A stretch of DNA of 64,000 bases from the human T2T-CHM13v2.0 reference genome, Homo sapiens (GCF_009914755.1 NC_060930.1), one strand, 5' to 3'; positions 1 through 12,590 are shown, numbered from the stretch's first letter. Notes: generated by a model from the letters alone, not told the origin. A program made the numbers and translations.

Positions 1-3000
1 CCCACTTGGTCATGATGAATGATCTTTCTAGTGTATTGTTGAATTCAGTTTGTGAGTATTTGTTGATGATTTTTATATCAATATTTATCAGAGATACTGG
101 CCTGTAGTTTTCTTTTTTTGATGTGTCTTTGTCTTGTTTCATTATCAGGGTAATATTGACCTTATAGAATGAGTTTGGGAATATTCTCTTCTCCTCTGTT
201 TGTAGGAATTAGTTTGAGAAGGATTAGTATTAGTTCTTCTTTAAATATTTGGTAGAATTCAGCAGTGAAACCCTCGTGTCCCAGGCTTTTCTTTACTGGA
301 AGATTTTTGTTATGGCTTCAACCTTGCTACTTGTTATTGGTCTGTTCAGGTTTCGGATTTCTTCCTGGTCCAATCTTGGTAGGTTGTATAGGTTGTTATG
401 TATCTAGGAATTTGTCCATTTTTTCTTGATTTTTCCAATTAATTAGCATAAATTTCCTCATAGTATTCAATAATGATCCTTTGAATTTCTGTAGTATCAA
501 TTATAATGTCCCTTTGTTCATTTCTGATTTTATTTATTTGGATCTTCCCTCTTTTTTGCTTAATCTGGCTAAAAGTTTTGTTGTACTTTGAAATTTTGTT
601 TAACTTTGAAAAAACAATTTTTTGTTTTCTTGATCTTTTGTATTGTTTTATTTTTCATTTCAATTTTATTTATTTCTTCTCTGATCTTTATTATTCCTTT
701 TCTTTTACTAATTTTGGGTTTGGTTTGCTCTTGCTTTTCTAGTTCTTTAAAAATAAATTGCTAGATTGTTTATTTGAAGCCTTCCCTCATTTTGATGTAG
801 GCATTTATAACTATTAACTTCCCTCTGAGTACTGGTTTTGCTATATTCCATAGGTTTTGGTATGTTGTGTTTCCATTATCATTTATTTCAAGAAATTTTT
901 CAAGGTTGTTCTTAATTTCTTCTTTAACCCACTGGTCGTTCAGGAGCATTTTGGTTAATTTCCAGGTATTCGTAGTTTCTCCAGTTCCTCTTGTTATTAA
1001 TTTCTAGTTTCATTCCATTTTCGTCAGAGAGGATGCTTGATATTATTTCAAGTTTTGAATGTTTTAAGACTTTTTTGTGACCTAATATATGGTATATTCT
1101 TGAAAATGATCCATGTGCCAAGGAAAGGAATGTGTATTCTGCAGCTCTTTAATAAAATGTTCTGTAAATAGCTATTGGATCCACTTTGTCTATAGTGCAG
1201 ATTCAGTTTGATGTTTCTTTGTTGGTTTACTGCATGGAAGATCTGTCCAATGCTGAAAGTGGGGATGTTGAAGTCTCCAGCTATTATTGTATTAGGGTCT
1301 ATCTTTCTCTTTAGCTATAATATTTCCTTTATATATGTAGTTGCTCCCGTGTTGGAGCAACTACATATATAAATTGTTATATTATCTTACTGACTCAACC
1401 CCTTTATCATTAAATAGTGACCTTCTTTGTCTTTTCTTATAGTTTTTGTCTTAACATCTATTTTGTCTGATAAAAGTATAGTAACTTTTATGCTTTTTGG
1501 TTCCCATTGGCATGGAATATCGTTTTTCCATCCCATTAATTTCAGTCTACATGTGTCTTTATGGGTGAAGTGTATTTCTTCACTCATTCACAGATTAATG
1601 GGTCTTGCTTTTTTAATATACTCAGCCAGTCTATTTAAAAAACATTTTTTTAGAAAACATAGACTGGCTAAGTGGATTAAAAAAAAACAAGAGTTCAGTC
1701 CATTTACATTAAATGTTATTATTGATAAGTAAGTACTTACTCCTACCATTTGGTTATTAGTTTTCTGGTTGTTTTGTGGTCTTCTCTTCCTTCTTTCTTT
1801 TCTTCCTGTCTTCCTCTATTGAAGAAATTTTCTCTAGTGATATGATTTAGTTTCTTGCTTTTTATTTTTTATGTACCCATTGTATGGTTTTTTTTTGTTT
1901 GAGGTAACCATGAAGCTTGCAAATGCTGTCTTATAACCCATTATTTAACCTGATAACAACTTAACACTATTTCCTTAAACAAACAAGCAAAAAAGAAAAC
2001 TAGTTACTATATCTTGAAAAGTTGTTGTAGTTATTATTTTGATTGGCTCATTATTTACTGTTTCTACTTAGGATAAGAATCATTTACACACCACAGTTAC
2101 GATGTTATATTATTCTGTGTTTTTCTGTGTACTTACTATTACCACTAAAATTTATACCTTTAGGTGATTACTTATTGCTCATTAACGTCTTTTTCTTTCT
2201 GATTGCAGTACTCCTTTTAGCATTTCTTATAGGACATGTCTGGTATTGATGAAACCCCAGTGTTTCTTTTGTTGTTGTTGTGTTTTGTTTTGTTTTTGTC
2301 TGGGAAAGTATTTATTTCTTCTTCATGTTTTAAGGATATTTTGCCAGTATACTGTACTAGGGTAAAAGTTTTTTTTTTTCCTTCAGCACTTTAAATATAT
2401 CATGCCACTGTCTTGTGGCCTGTAACGTTTCCACTGAAAAGTCTGCTGGAAGATGTATTCAAGCTTCACTGTATGTGATTTGTTTCTTTTTTCTTTCTGC
2501 TTTTAGAATCCTTTCTTTATACTTGACCTTTGGGAGTTGATTATTAAATACCTTGAGGTAGCCTTCCTTGCATTAAGTCTACTTGGTGTTCTATTACGTT
2601 TTTGTACTTGGATATTGATATTTTTCTCTAGGTTTAGGAAATTCTCTTTTATTATCCTTTTGAATAAATGTTCTACCCCTATGTCTTTCTCTATATCCTC
2701 TTTAAAGCCGACAATTTTTAGATTTGCCCTTCTGTGGCTATTTTCTATATCTTTTAGGTGTGCTTCATTCTTTTATATTTTTTTCTTTTGTCTCCTCTGT
2801 GTATTTTCAAATAGGCTGTCTTCAGGTTCACTAATTCTTTCTTCTGTTTGATCAATGCTGCTATTAAAGAACTCTGATGCATTTTCAGTATGCCAATTGC
2901 GTTTTTAAGCTCCATAATTTCTGTTTGATTATTTTTAATTACTTCAATCTGTCTGTTAAATTTATCTAATAGAATTCTGAATTCCTTCTTTGAGACATTT

Positions 3001-4114
3001 TGAATTTCTTTGAGTTTCTTCAACACAGCTCTTTTGAATTTTCTGTCTGAAAGGTCACATATCTCAGTTTCTCCAGGATTGGTCCCTGGTGCCTTATTTA
3101 GTTCATTTGGTGAGGTCATGTTTTCCTGGATGATGTTGGTGTTAGTAGATGTTCTTTGGTATCTGGGCATTAAGAGTTAGGTATTGTAGGCTTCACCACT
3201 GGGGCTTATTTGTAGCCATCCTTCTTGGGAAGGCTTTCCAGATATTTGAAAGGACTTGGGTGTTGTGACCTGAGCTGTGTTTGTTTTCTTCCCTTACTTT
3301 CTCCCAAACATGCAGAGCGTCTCTCTATATATATCTGTACTGAGACACCTAAAGTTGAGGGTAAAATGACACAAGCACCCTTGTGGCCACCACCACTGGG
3401 ACTGTACTTGGTCAGACCTGAAGCTAGCACAGCACTGGGTCTTGCCTAAGGCCTGCTGTAACCACTCACTGACTACTTCCTATCCTATGTTCATTCAAGG
3501 CCATGGGACTCTACAGTCAGTGGGTTGCAAAGCCAGCCGGGCCTATGTCCTTCCTTTCAAAGCAGTGAGGTCCATCAGGCCCTGGGTGGGTCCAGAAGTA
3601 CCATTCAGGAGTCAGGGACTGAAGTAAAAATCCTTAGACATCCACCTGGTATCCTGTTGTAGTGCAGCTGAGCTGGCACTCAAACCATAAAACATGGTTC
3701 TTCACTTTTCCTTTCTTCTTCCAACGGCAGAGGAGCCTCATCCTGAAGCTACTGCCACCTTAGGCCACAAGAAGTACTGCCAAACTACCACCAATGTTCC
3801 CACAAGGCCCAAGTTCCCTTAAGTCAGCTTGTGGTGAATACTGCCTGGCCTGATACTCACCCTTCAGGGCAGGGAGCTCCCCTCTGGCCCAAGGCAGGTC
3901 CAGAAACGCCATTCAGCCCAGGGCAGGTCCAGAAATGCCATTCAAGTGTCAAGTTGTGGAATTGATGATCCCAAGAGCCCACTTGTGCTCTATTACCCTG
4001 TAATTTTTGGTTCTTATGAAGGTGTTTTTTATGAGTAGATATTTGTTAACTTGGTGTCCTTGTGGGGAGGGATGCTTAGTGGAGCCTTCTATTCCACCAT
4101 CCTGCTCTGCCTCT
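1..4114 (-). mobile_element. LINE-1 (L1MA/L1M1-like), 5' portion: 5' end, internally deleted 5'UTR, ORF1 and start of ORF2; runs off the left edge of the window
   Basis: Minus ORF 2754-3170 (QENMTSPNELNKAPGTNPGETEICDLSDRKFK) is an ORF1p N-terminus. ORFs 1387-1587 (ILLSDKIDVKTKTIRKDKEGHYLMIKG) and 924-1121 (HGSFSRIYHILGHKK) are ORF2p endonuclease segments. 4080-4114 reverse-complements to AGAGGCAGAGCAGGATGGTGGAATAGAAGGCTCC, an L1 5' terminus. Frames are broken by stops and frameshifts. Confidence 0.93.
3887..3944 (+). repeat. 29-bp tandem duplication inside L1 5'UTR
   Basis: GCCCAAGGCAGGTCCAGAAACGCCATTCA followed by GCCCAGGGCAGGTCCAGAAATGCCATTCA (2 mismatches). Confidence 0.9.
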
Positions 4115-4278
4115 AGTGTAATAAATGTTGATATATTTTATAAAATTATGCACATAATTCTCATAATTAATGTGCCTTTTGGGAATCATTTATAAGCAGT
4201 TATATTGCTAATACCATTTTGTTCATTTTTTTCCAATGCTACTTTTCCATATATATTATTATTCAATATCATTTAAAC

Positions 4279-4494
4279 CAGTAGTTCTAACTAGTGGTAG
4301 TTTTGCTCCCCAGGAAATATTTTGCAATGTTGGGAGATATTTTTGTTTGTCACATCTGGGATGGTGGTACTGGAATAGAGTGAGTGGAGGCAAGAGATGA
4401 TGCTATAAATCCTTCAGTGCACATGATAGGCCCCCCAACAAAGAATCATGCAGTTCCAAATGTTATATAGTACTGCTGAGGTTAAAAAGCCCTG
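4279..4494 (+). mobile_element. MER20 (hAT-Charlie DNA transposon), near full length
   Basis: Begins CAGTAGTTCT, contains TTTGCAATGTTGGGAGATATTTTTGTTTGTCAC and AACAAAGAAT, and ends GAGGTTAAAAAGCCCTG; colinear with the recalled MER20 consensus. Confidence 0.88.
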
Positions 4495-6007
4495 ATCAAA
4501 TTTTTTTGTAAGATCAATTTCAATAGCTTGCCTCTTTTTTCTCTTACCAATGTCTTCTGTAGGGCAGACATTTTAATTAAATTATCTTTTTACTTTTTCT
4601 TTCATGGATCATGCTTTTGGTTTTGTATTTAAAATTTAATCGCGAAACCCAAGGTAATACAGATTGTTTTCTCTGCTTCAAGAAATTGTATAGAATTACA
4701 GTTTACATTTAGGCCTATGTTCTACTTATAATTAACTGTTTGTGAAAGGTATATGGTCTGTGTGCATGTTCATTTTATTGTTCATATGGTTGTCAAGATT
4801 TCCAGCACCATTTATTGAAATGATCATTCTCTATACATTGAATTGCCTTTGCTTCTTTGTCAAAGATCAGTTGACTGTATTTGTGTGGGTCTACTTTTGG
4901 GTTCTCTATCCTTCTCCATTATCTACGTGTCTATTTATTTTTGCCAATATTACACTCTTTTTATTAATATCATCTTACATTAAGTCTTGAAATTAAGTTA
5001 TGTGAATTCTTCAACTTTATTCTTCTTCAGTATACCGGGCTATCTGATTCTATAGACTTTCCATGTAAACTTTATGACAAGTATGTCCATATCTCCAAAA
5101 TAAATTGAAATTTTGATTAATATTGAATTGAATACGTGTAGTTGGGAAGGTTTGCTATCTTCACAATACCTTGTGTCTGTTCACAATATCTTCACAATAT
5201 TGAGTCTTTCAATTACTGAACAAATAATATCTCTTGATTTACATAGATTTTCTTTGATTATTTAAAAATAAGTGTTTGCACGTTTGATTGAGATATATAT
5301 ATATATATATTTGTCCTATACATTTTTTGTTTGATATATACCTACTTATTTTATTTTGGAGGTACCTTAGTAAATTATATGGCTGTCATTTAAATTTCAA
5401 ATCTCATGTGTTTAGTCCTGGAAGATATAACAACAATTGAATTTTGTATATTAGCCATTACAATCTGTGAACTTGCTCTACTCTGTTATTAGTTCTGGGA
5501 ACTTTTTAGTGATTCTTTGGAATTTTCCAAGTAAACATTTATGTTATCTGCAACTAGGATGTTTTATTTCTTCCTTTCAAATTTAAATGGTTTCAATTCC
5601 TCCTGTTGTCTTATTGGACTAGTTAGGGCTAGGCCTTCCAGTATAATGTTAAATATAAGTGGGGAGGGAGGCAATTCTTTTCTTTTTGCCGATGTTATGG
5701 GAAATATGATCAGTTTCTCATCATTAAGCATGATGTTGATTGTATATTTTTTGCAGATTTTTTAAATTAAATTGTGGTAGTTTACCCCTATTACTAGTTT
5801 GCTGAGAGTCTTTTCATAAATAGCTGTTGGATCTTTGTCAAATGCGCTTTTACATTAATTAATATAATTATATGATTTTACTTTGTTAATCTATTGATGA
5901 GGTATTGATTGATTTTCAAATGTTGAACTAGACTTACATAGGTGGAGTAAATCTTTCTTGGTGGTGGCATATAACTCAGTTTATACTCAGTTGTTGACAT
6001 TTTGTTG

Positions 6008-6128
6008 AATTTTTCTTGTAGAAAAAAAATGTTGCCCAGGCTGGTCTGAAATTCCTGCCCTCAAGTGATCCTCTAACCTCAGACTCCCAAAGCACTGGGA
6101 TCACAGGCCTGAGCCACTGGGCCTGGCC
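6008..6128 (-). mobile_element. Alu left-monomer/FLAM fragment
   Basis: TGTTGCCCAGGCTGGTCT...CTCAAGTGATCC...CCCAAAGCACTGGGATCACAGGCCTGAGCCACTGGGCCTGGCC. Confidence 0.85.
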
Positions 6129-7384
6129 AGAGTCTTTGTTAACAATTTTTGCTAATATTTTGTTGAGAAATTTGGTGTCTATGTTCATAAGAACAAAAAG
6201 CATTTCTGTACAGAAAAGCATTTCTTTTCTGTAATGCTTTTATCTGGTTTTGGTATTGGGATAAAGCTGGCCTCATTGAATCAGGTAGGAAGTATTCCTT
6301 TGGCTTCTATTTCCTGGAAGAAGTGGAGATTTGGTAATATTTTTAAACTGAATATTTAGTAGAATTCACTATGTAACCATGTGTTCTTGATTGTTTCTTT
6401 TTTAGAAGGTAATTCTTTACTAATTCAATTACTGTAATAAATATAAAGCTATTCAAATTATTTCTACTTGTGTGAGTTTTTATAATTCATCTTTCATGGA
6501 ATGGTTTATTTCAACCAAATATATCAAATTTGTGGGCATATAGTTATACATCATACTTCTTGATTTTCCTTTTAATGTTCATGGGGTCAGTAGTGATGAC
6601 CTTTTTTCATTTGTGGTATTAGCTATTTGTCTTCTCTATTTAATTTAATTTTTTTATTATTATTTTTTGGTTAGCCTGGCCAGAAGTTTATCAATTTTAT
6701 TAATCTCTGCAAAAACTCATCTTTTGGTTTTGTTGATTTTATTGTTTTGCTCTTTTCAATTTCATTTATTTCTGCTCTGATTCTTGCTGTTTCTTTTTTT
6801 CTGCTTACTTTAGGTTTGAATTTCTTTTCTGTCTCTAGTTTCTTAAGTTGGAAGTTTAGGTCATTGATTTTTAGGTATTTTTAGCTTTCTAGTGTGTGCA
6901 TTTAATAGTATAAATTTCCCTGTAAGTACTGCTTTGATACATTCTACAAATTTTGGTGTTTTATTTTCATTTTCATTTAGTTCAAAATATTTTTCAATTT
7001 TTTGGAGATTCTTTGACCCATGTGTTATTTAAAAATATGTTGTTTGTTCTCCAAATATTTGGAATTTTCTAACTATCTTTCTGTTATTGGTCTTTTCTTT
7101 AATTATGTTATGAGAACATACTTGGAGGATTTTTATACTTTTAAATTTGTTAAAGTGTGTTTTATGTTTACAATGTGGTCAATCGTAGTTTATGTTCCAT
7201 GTAAGCTTGAGAGGAATGTGTTTTCTACCAGTTTTAGATAAAGTCTTCTATAAAAGTTAATTAGATAAAATTGACTGGCAATGTTATTCAGGTCAACTCT
7301 ATTTTTAGTAATTTTGTGTCTATTGGATCTAATAATTACTGATAGTCAAGTGTTGAAGTTTTCAACTAGAACAGTAGATTTGCC

Positions 7385-7674
7385 TTTCTTTCTTTCTTTC
7401 TTTCTTTCTTTTTTTTTTTTTTTTGAGTGCAATGGTGTGATCTCAGCTCAGTGCATCCTCTGCCTCCCGGGTTCAAGCGATTTTCCTGCCTCAGCCTCCT
7501 GAGTAGCTGGGATTACAGGTGCCCACAACCATGCATGCCTAATTTTTGTATTTTAGTAGAGATGGGGTTTCTCCATGTCAGCCAGGCTGGTCTCGACCTT
7601 CTGACCTTGAGTGATCCGCCCACCTCGGCCTCCCAAAGTCCTGGGATTACAGGGTTGAGCCACTGCGCCTGGCC
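7385..7674 (-). mobile_element. AluS, with (TTTC)n/T tail and a ~30-bp deletion next to the tail
   Basis: Dimeric Alu reverse complement; the tail joins GAGTGCAATGG directly, skipping GAGACGGAG...CCAGGCTG. Confidence 0.92.
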
Positions 7675-8589
7675 TATTTTTCTTTTAAATTTTATTTATT
7701 GTTGCTTCATGTGTTTAGATGGGTGGGTGAAAATCCATTTAGAATTTGTATGTGTTCTTGGAGAAGGAACTTCTTTATCATTATGTAGTTCTAATGTTTA
7801 TACCTAAAATTTATTTGTGCTCTGAAGTCTGTTTTGTCTGAAATTAACACAGTTACTCAAAGTTACAGCTCTCTTTTGATTTGTTTAGCGTGCTTTATTT
7901 TTTTCCACCTTTCTACTCCTAACCTATTAGAGTCTTTATATTTAAACTGCAGATTTTATAAATAATATACAGTTTGAATTTGCTTTTACCCACTCTCAAT
8001 ATCTCTGCTTTTAAAAGTGGTGTATTTAAACCACTCATATTTAAAGTGATTATTTATATATTTGGATTAATAGCAACTGTATGTTAAAATATTGTCTACT
8101 TATTGACAAAGGTTATTTTCTTGCACGCTCTGGTTTTAATTGAGTCCTTTTGTGATTGATTTTTATCTTCTCTCTTAGCATAATTTTTTTACCTCTTCTT
8201 TGAACATTTTAGTACTTTGTGTACAGTTTACGTTATACATTCATTCACTAATAAACATTTTTTACCAGCCTAAGTCCACTTTCAAATAATCTTATTCTGC
8301 TCCATGTGTAGTGCAGGTGTCTTATATCAGAATATTCCCAATTTTTCTCTCCTATCCCTGTGAAATTTTTGTCATTTATTTCATATGTTCATACACTATA
8401 ATTACCCAAAGCACTATCACAATTATTATTTGTATTCTAAATCACCTAAAGATAAGAAAAATAGTCTTTATTTTACTTTTATTTATTTCTTCTCTGAAGA
8501 TCTTCTTTTTCTGTGTAGAGATGAGTTTCTGATTCATATCATCTTTCTTCTGCCTGAAGAATATTTTTTAATATTTCTTGCACCATGTG

Positions 8590-8965
8590 TGATATAGTTT
8601 GCTTCTGTGTCACCACCCAAATCTCATGTTGAGTTGTAAGTCCCAATTTTGGGGGAGAAACCTGGTAGGAGGTGATTGGATTATGGGGACATATTTCACC
8701 CATGCTGTTCTCATGATAGTGAGTGATTTCTCACAAGATCTGATGGTTTAAAAGTTTGTGGCATTTCTTCCCTCTCTCTCTCTCTCTCCTGTTCTGACAT
8801 GTGAAGATGCGTTTGCTTCCCCTTTCACCATAATTGTGTTTCCTGACGCCTCCCAATCATGTTTCCTGCTAAGCCTGCAGAACTATGAGCCAATTAAACT
8901 TTTTTTCTTCATAAATTACCCAGTCTCAGGTAGTTTTTTATAGCAGTGAGAGATGGACTAATACA
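8590..8965 (+). mobile_element. THE1D/MSTA-type MaLR 5' LTR
   Basis: TGATATAGTTTG...CCCAAATCTCATG...GAGCCAATTAAAC...ATAAATTACCCAGTCTCAGGTAG...GGACTAATACA. Confidence 0.92.
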
Positions 8966-10572
8966 GAAAGTTGGTACCAGAAGTGGGGTACTGCTATAAA
9001 GATACCTGAAAATGTGAAAACAACTTTGGAACTGGGTAACAGACAGAGGTTGGAACATTTAGGAGGGCCCAGAAGAAGACGGGAAGATGAGGGAAAGTTT
9101 GGAACTTCCTAGAGATTTGTTGAATGATTGTGACCAAAATGATGATACTGACACGAACAATGAAGTGCAGGTTCAGGTGGTCTCAGATGAAGATGAAGAA
9201 CTTAATGGAGACTGGAGTAAAGGTCACTCTTGCTATGCTTTAGCAAAAAGACTGGCAGCATTTTGCCCCTTCCCTAGAGATCTGTGAAACTTTGAACTTG
9301 AGAGAGATGATTTAGGCCATCTGGCATAAGAAATTTCTAGCAGCAAGGCATTCAAGAGCTAATCTGCCTTTTTCTAAAAGTGTACAGTCATATGCATTTA
9401 CAAAGAGATGGTTTGAAATTGGAATTTATGTTTAAAAGGGAAGGAAAGCATAAAGGTGTGAAAAACATGTCACCTGACCATGTGGTAGAAAAGAAAAACC
9501 CATTTTGGGGAGAGGAATTCAAGCATGCTGCAGAAATTTGCATAAGTAACGAGGATCTGAATGCTAATCACTAAGACAATGGGGCAAATGTCTCCGGGGC
9601 ATTTCAGAAACCTTCAGAGGAACCCCTCCCTTCACATGCCCAGAGGTCTAGGAGGGAAAAATGGTTTCATGGGCCAGGCTTAGGGCCCAGCTGCTCTGTG
9701 CACCCTCAATACATGGCATGGCATCCTGCATCCCAGCCATTCCAGCTCCAGCTGTGGTTCAAAGAAACCAAGGTACAGCTTGGGTTGTTGCTTCAGAAAG
9801 TGCAAGGCCCAAGCCTTGGTGACTGGGAGTGTGGGCGTGCAGAAGGCAAGAGTTGAGGTTTGGGAAAATCTGCCTAGATTTCAGAGGATCTATGGAAATG
9901 CTTGGATGTCCAGGCAGAAGTCTGCGGCAGGGGAGGAACACTCAGGGAGAACCTCTATTAGGGAAGTGCAGAGGGAAAATGTGGGGTTGGAGCCCCCATA
10001 CAGAGTCCCCACTGGGGCACTGCCTGGTGGATCTGTGAGAAGAGGGCCACTGTCCTCCAGACCCCAGAATGGTAGATCCACCAACAGCTTGCACTGTGTG
10101 TCTGGAAAAGCCACAGACACTCAATGCCAGCCAATGAAAGCAGCCGCAGGGGCTGTACTCTGCAAAGCCACATGGATGGAGCTGCCCAGGGCTATAGGTG
10201 CTCACCCCTTGCATCAGTATGTCCTGGATCTGAGACGTGGAGTCAAAGAAGATTATTTTGGAGCTTTAGGATTTAATGACTGTCCTGCTGGGTTTGGGGC
10301 TTGCATGGGGCCTGTAGCCCCCTTGTACTGGCCATTTTTTTCCCTTTTCATATGGAGAATTTAGCAAATGCCATATATTGGAAGTAATAGAGGTGGTTTT
10401 GAGTTTACAGGATCATAGGTGGAAGTTACTTGCCTTGTCTCAGATGAGACTTTGGAGTTGGACTTTTGGATTAATGCTAGAATGAATTAAGACTTTGGGG
10501 GATTGATGAGAAAGCATGATCTGTTTTGAAATGTGAGAACAGCATGAGATTTGGGAGGGGCCAGGGTCAGAA
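8966..10572 (+). mobile_element. THE1/MST internal region (~1.6 kb) with a fragmented MaLR ORF
   Basis: Starts GAAAGTTGGTACCAGAAGTGGGG. ORFs 9087-9287 (MRESLELPRDLLN...WSKGHSCYALAKRLAAFCP) and 9780-10364 (NAWMSRQKSAAG...LEPPYRVPTGALP) are typical MaLR-int peptides. Ends in the polypurine tract GGGAGGGGCCAGGG. Confidence 0.92.
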
Positions 10573-10936
10573 TGATATGGTTTGGCCCTGTTTCCTCATC
10601 CAAATCTCATGTTGAATTTTAATCCCCAGATGTCAGTGGAGGAATTTGGTGAGAGGTGATTGAATCATGGGGGCAGATTTCCCACATGCTGTTCTTAATG
10701 AGATCTGATGATTCAATAGTGTGTGGCACTTCCTCCCTCTCTGTCTTTCTTTTTTTCTCTCCTGCTTTGACATGTGAAGATGTGCTTGCCTTCCAACATG
10801 ATTGTAAGTGTCTTGAGGCCTTCCAGTCATGCTTCCTGTTAAGCCTGCAGAACTGTGAGTCAATTAAAGCTCCTTTCTTCATAAATTGCCCAGTCTCAGG
10901 TAGTTCCTTATAGCAGTGTAAAAACAGACTAATGCA
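10573..10936 (+). mobile_element. THE1D/MSTA-type MaLR 3' LTR
   Basis: Direct repeat of 8590-8965: TGATATGGTTTGG...CAATTAAAG...CAGACTAATGCA. Confidence 0.92.
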
Positions 10937-12590
10937 ACCAGTCTGCTGGTGATCGATCGTCCTAGATTTTTTGAGAAAGTCTTTATTTTTCCTTTAATTT
11001 TTGAGGATAATTTTGTTGGAGATAGAGTAGTAGGTTGGTGATTTGTTTTTTTCAACAGTTAAACTTTAAACAGATACTTTTTTACTCCATTCTTCTGCTT
11101 GCATAGTTTCTTACCTGAATTCCAATGTAATTTCTATGTTTGTGCCTTTATAGGTAGTATGTTTTTTTCATCTGAAGTATTTCAAGATCTTTTCTTTGTC
11201 ATTGGTTTACTAAAATTTGAATGTCCTATACCTCGATATAGTTTTGTTTATTTGTTTGTATTTATTTGGTTAGACATTCTCTGAAATTACTGAATCCATG
11301 GTTTGGTGTTTTTCACTAATTTTGGAAAGTTTGAAATTATTATTTCAAACATTTATTTTGCTCTCTTTTGTCTTTATTTTTCCTTCTTTTACTCTAGTTA
11401 CATCTTATGTTATATCCCTAAATTTGTCTCACAGTTCTTGGATGTTCTGGTCTTTTGTTTTTATTCTTTTTTTTTTTTTTTTTAATTTCAATTTGGGAAG
11501 TTTCTATAGATTTATATTCAAGCTCACTAGTTCTTACCTTGGCTGTGTCGATTCTACTGATGAGCACATCAAAGGCTTTTTCTACTTGTGTAAAAATGCT
11601 TCTAACATTTCCACCATTTTATTTTGATTCTTTCTTAGAGTTCTGTCTCTCTGGTTACTGTACCATCTGTTCTTGCATGTTGTCTACTTTTTGTGTTAGA
11701 TCTCCTAACATATTAATCATAGACATTTACAATTACCGGCTTGATAATTACAATATTTGTAACATGCCTGAATCTGGGTCTGATCTTTGCTTTGACTCTT
11801 CAGACTTTGTTATTATTTTGTTGTTTACTTTCTTGTTTCTTTTTCTTCCTTTTTGCTGTTGACATGCCATCCATTCATTTACTTGTGAAACTGGACTTGT
11901 TGTATTGCATAATAGGAAGCCAAGTAAATAGACCTGTAATGTGAGGATTTATGTTAATCTGGCTAGTGTTTGGGCTTTGTTCAATGTTTGTTGTAGCTCT
12001 ATGTGCCAGAGGCTTCAAACTCCTCTACGGTCCTTGTTTTTGTCTCCCCTCTTGACTTTGAACTTCTGTAAGTGCTCCTCCTTGCAGAAAGTCTATGTCT
12101 TACAGCTCTGTAATCCACCATTATTAAACAAAAGTTTTGTTGTAATTGCAGTAAGGTAGAGAAGAAGATTGTATAATTTTTCAATTAACTTCAGTCTTTT
12201 AATGCTCCTGTGTCCCTGGCCCATGACCTTCACAAGTGTTTCTTTTTATATATGTGGTTTTTTTTTCTTCGTCTTAGTTGAGACAGGAATGCTAGTGGAG
12301 TGAGAGGAATGCACCTCTTCATAGCTCCAGGACAAGGCTCTGGTAAGGTTTTGTTTCCCCAGAGAGTGTAGGCCTTTGTTATGCAGAAGGCTCTCAGCAC
12401 ATTTCACAAGGATTACTCTTCTCCTCAGGCTAGAACCAGGAGTCAATTTTTCTGGTTTTTGTTTGTTTGTTTTGTTTTTTTACCACAAGAACTGGGTGGA
12501 GATTCCAGAGGTAAAGCCCACAAAAGTGTGAGGCTCCCCTAGGACTATGGGCACCGAGAGAATCTTACTCTGAAATGAGCCCACACTAAG
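10937..12590 (-). mobile_element. Continuation of the old LINE-1 (ORF1 and 5' region) split by the MaLR insertion
   Basis: Antisense L1 text resumes across the insertion (ATATTTCTTG|...GTCTGCTGG...GAGAAAGTCTTTATTT); T-rich antisense ORF1 and L1M 5'-region motifs. Confidence 0.75.

Larger units (their letters stand above)
4530..8589 (-). mobile_element. Old LINE-1 (L1MC/L1MD-like) ORF2 and inter-ORF region, interrupted by Alus
   Basis: Antisense L1 motifs (CCAGCACCATTTATTGAA, TTTTGGTATT, TATAAATTTCCC); minus ORF 5976-6221 contains LMNIDTKFLNKILA from the ORF2p RT region. Confidence 0.85.

Noticed and set aside
2754-3170. 138-aa coiled-coil ORF as a host gene
   Set aside because: It is a truncated L1 ORF1p inside a colinear L1.
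8580-10941. Clean TSD for the THE1D/MSTA element
   Set aside because: The left flank ATGTG does not match the right flank ACCAG; ACCAT lies three bases further out, so no TSD is claimed.
11298-11862. Hydrophobic F/L/I-rich ORFs resembling membrane proteins (also 506-742, 41629-41835 and others)
   Set aside because: They are an artefact of translating T-rich antisense L1.
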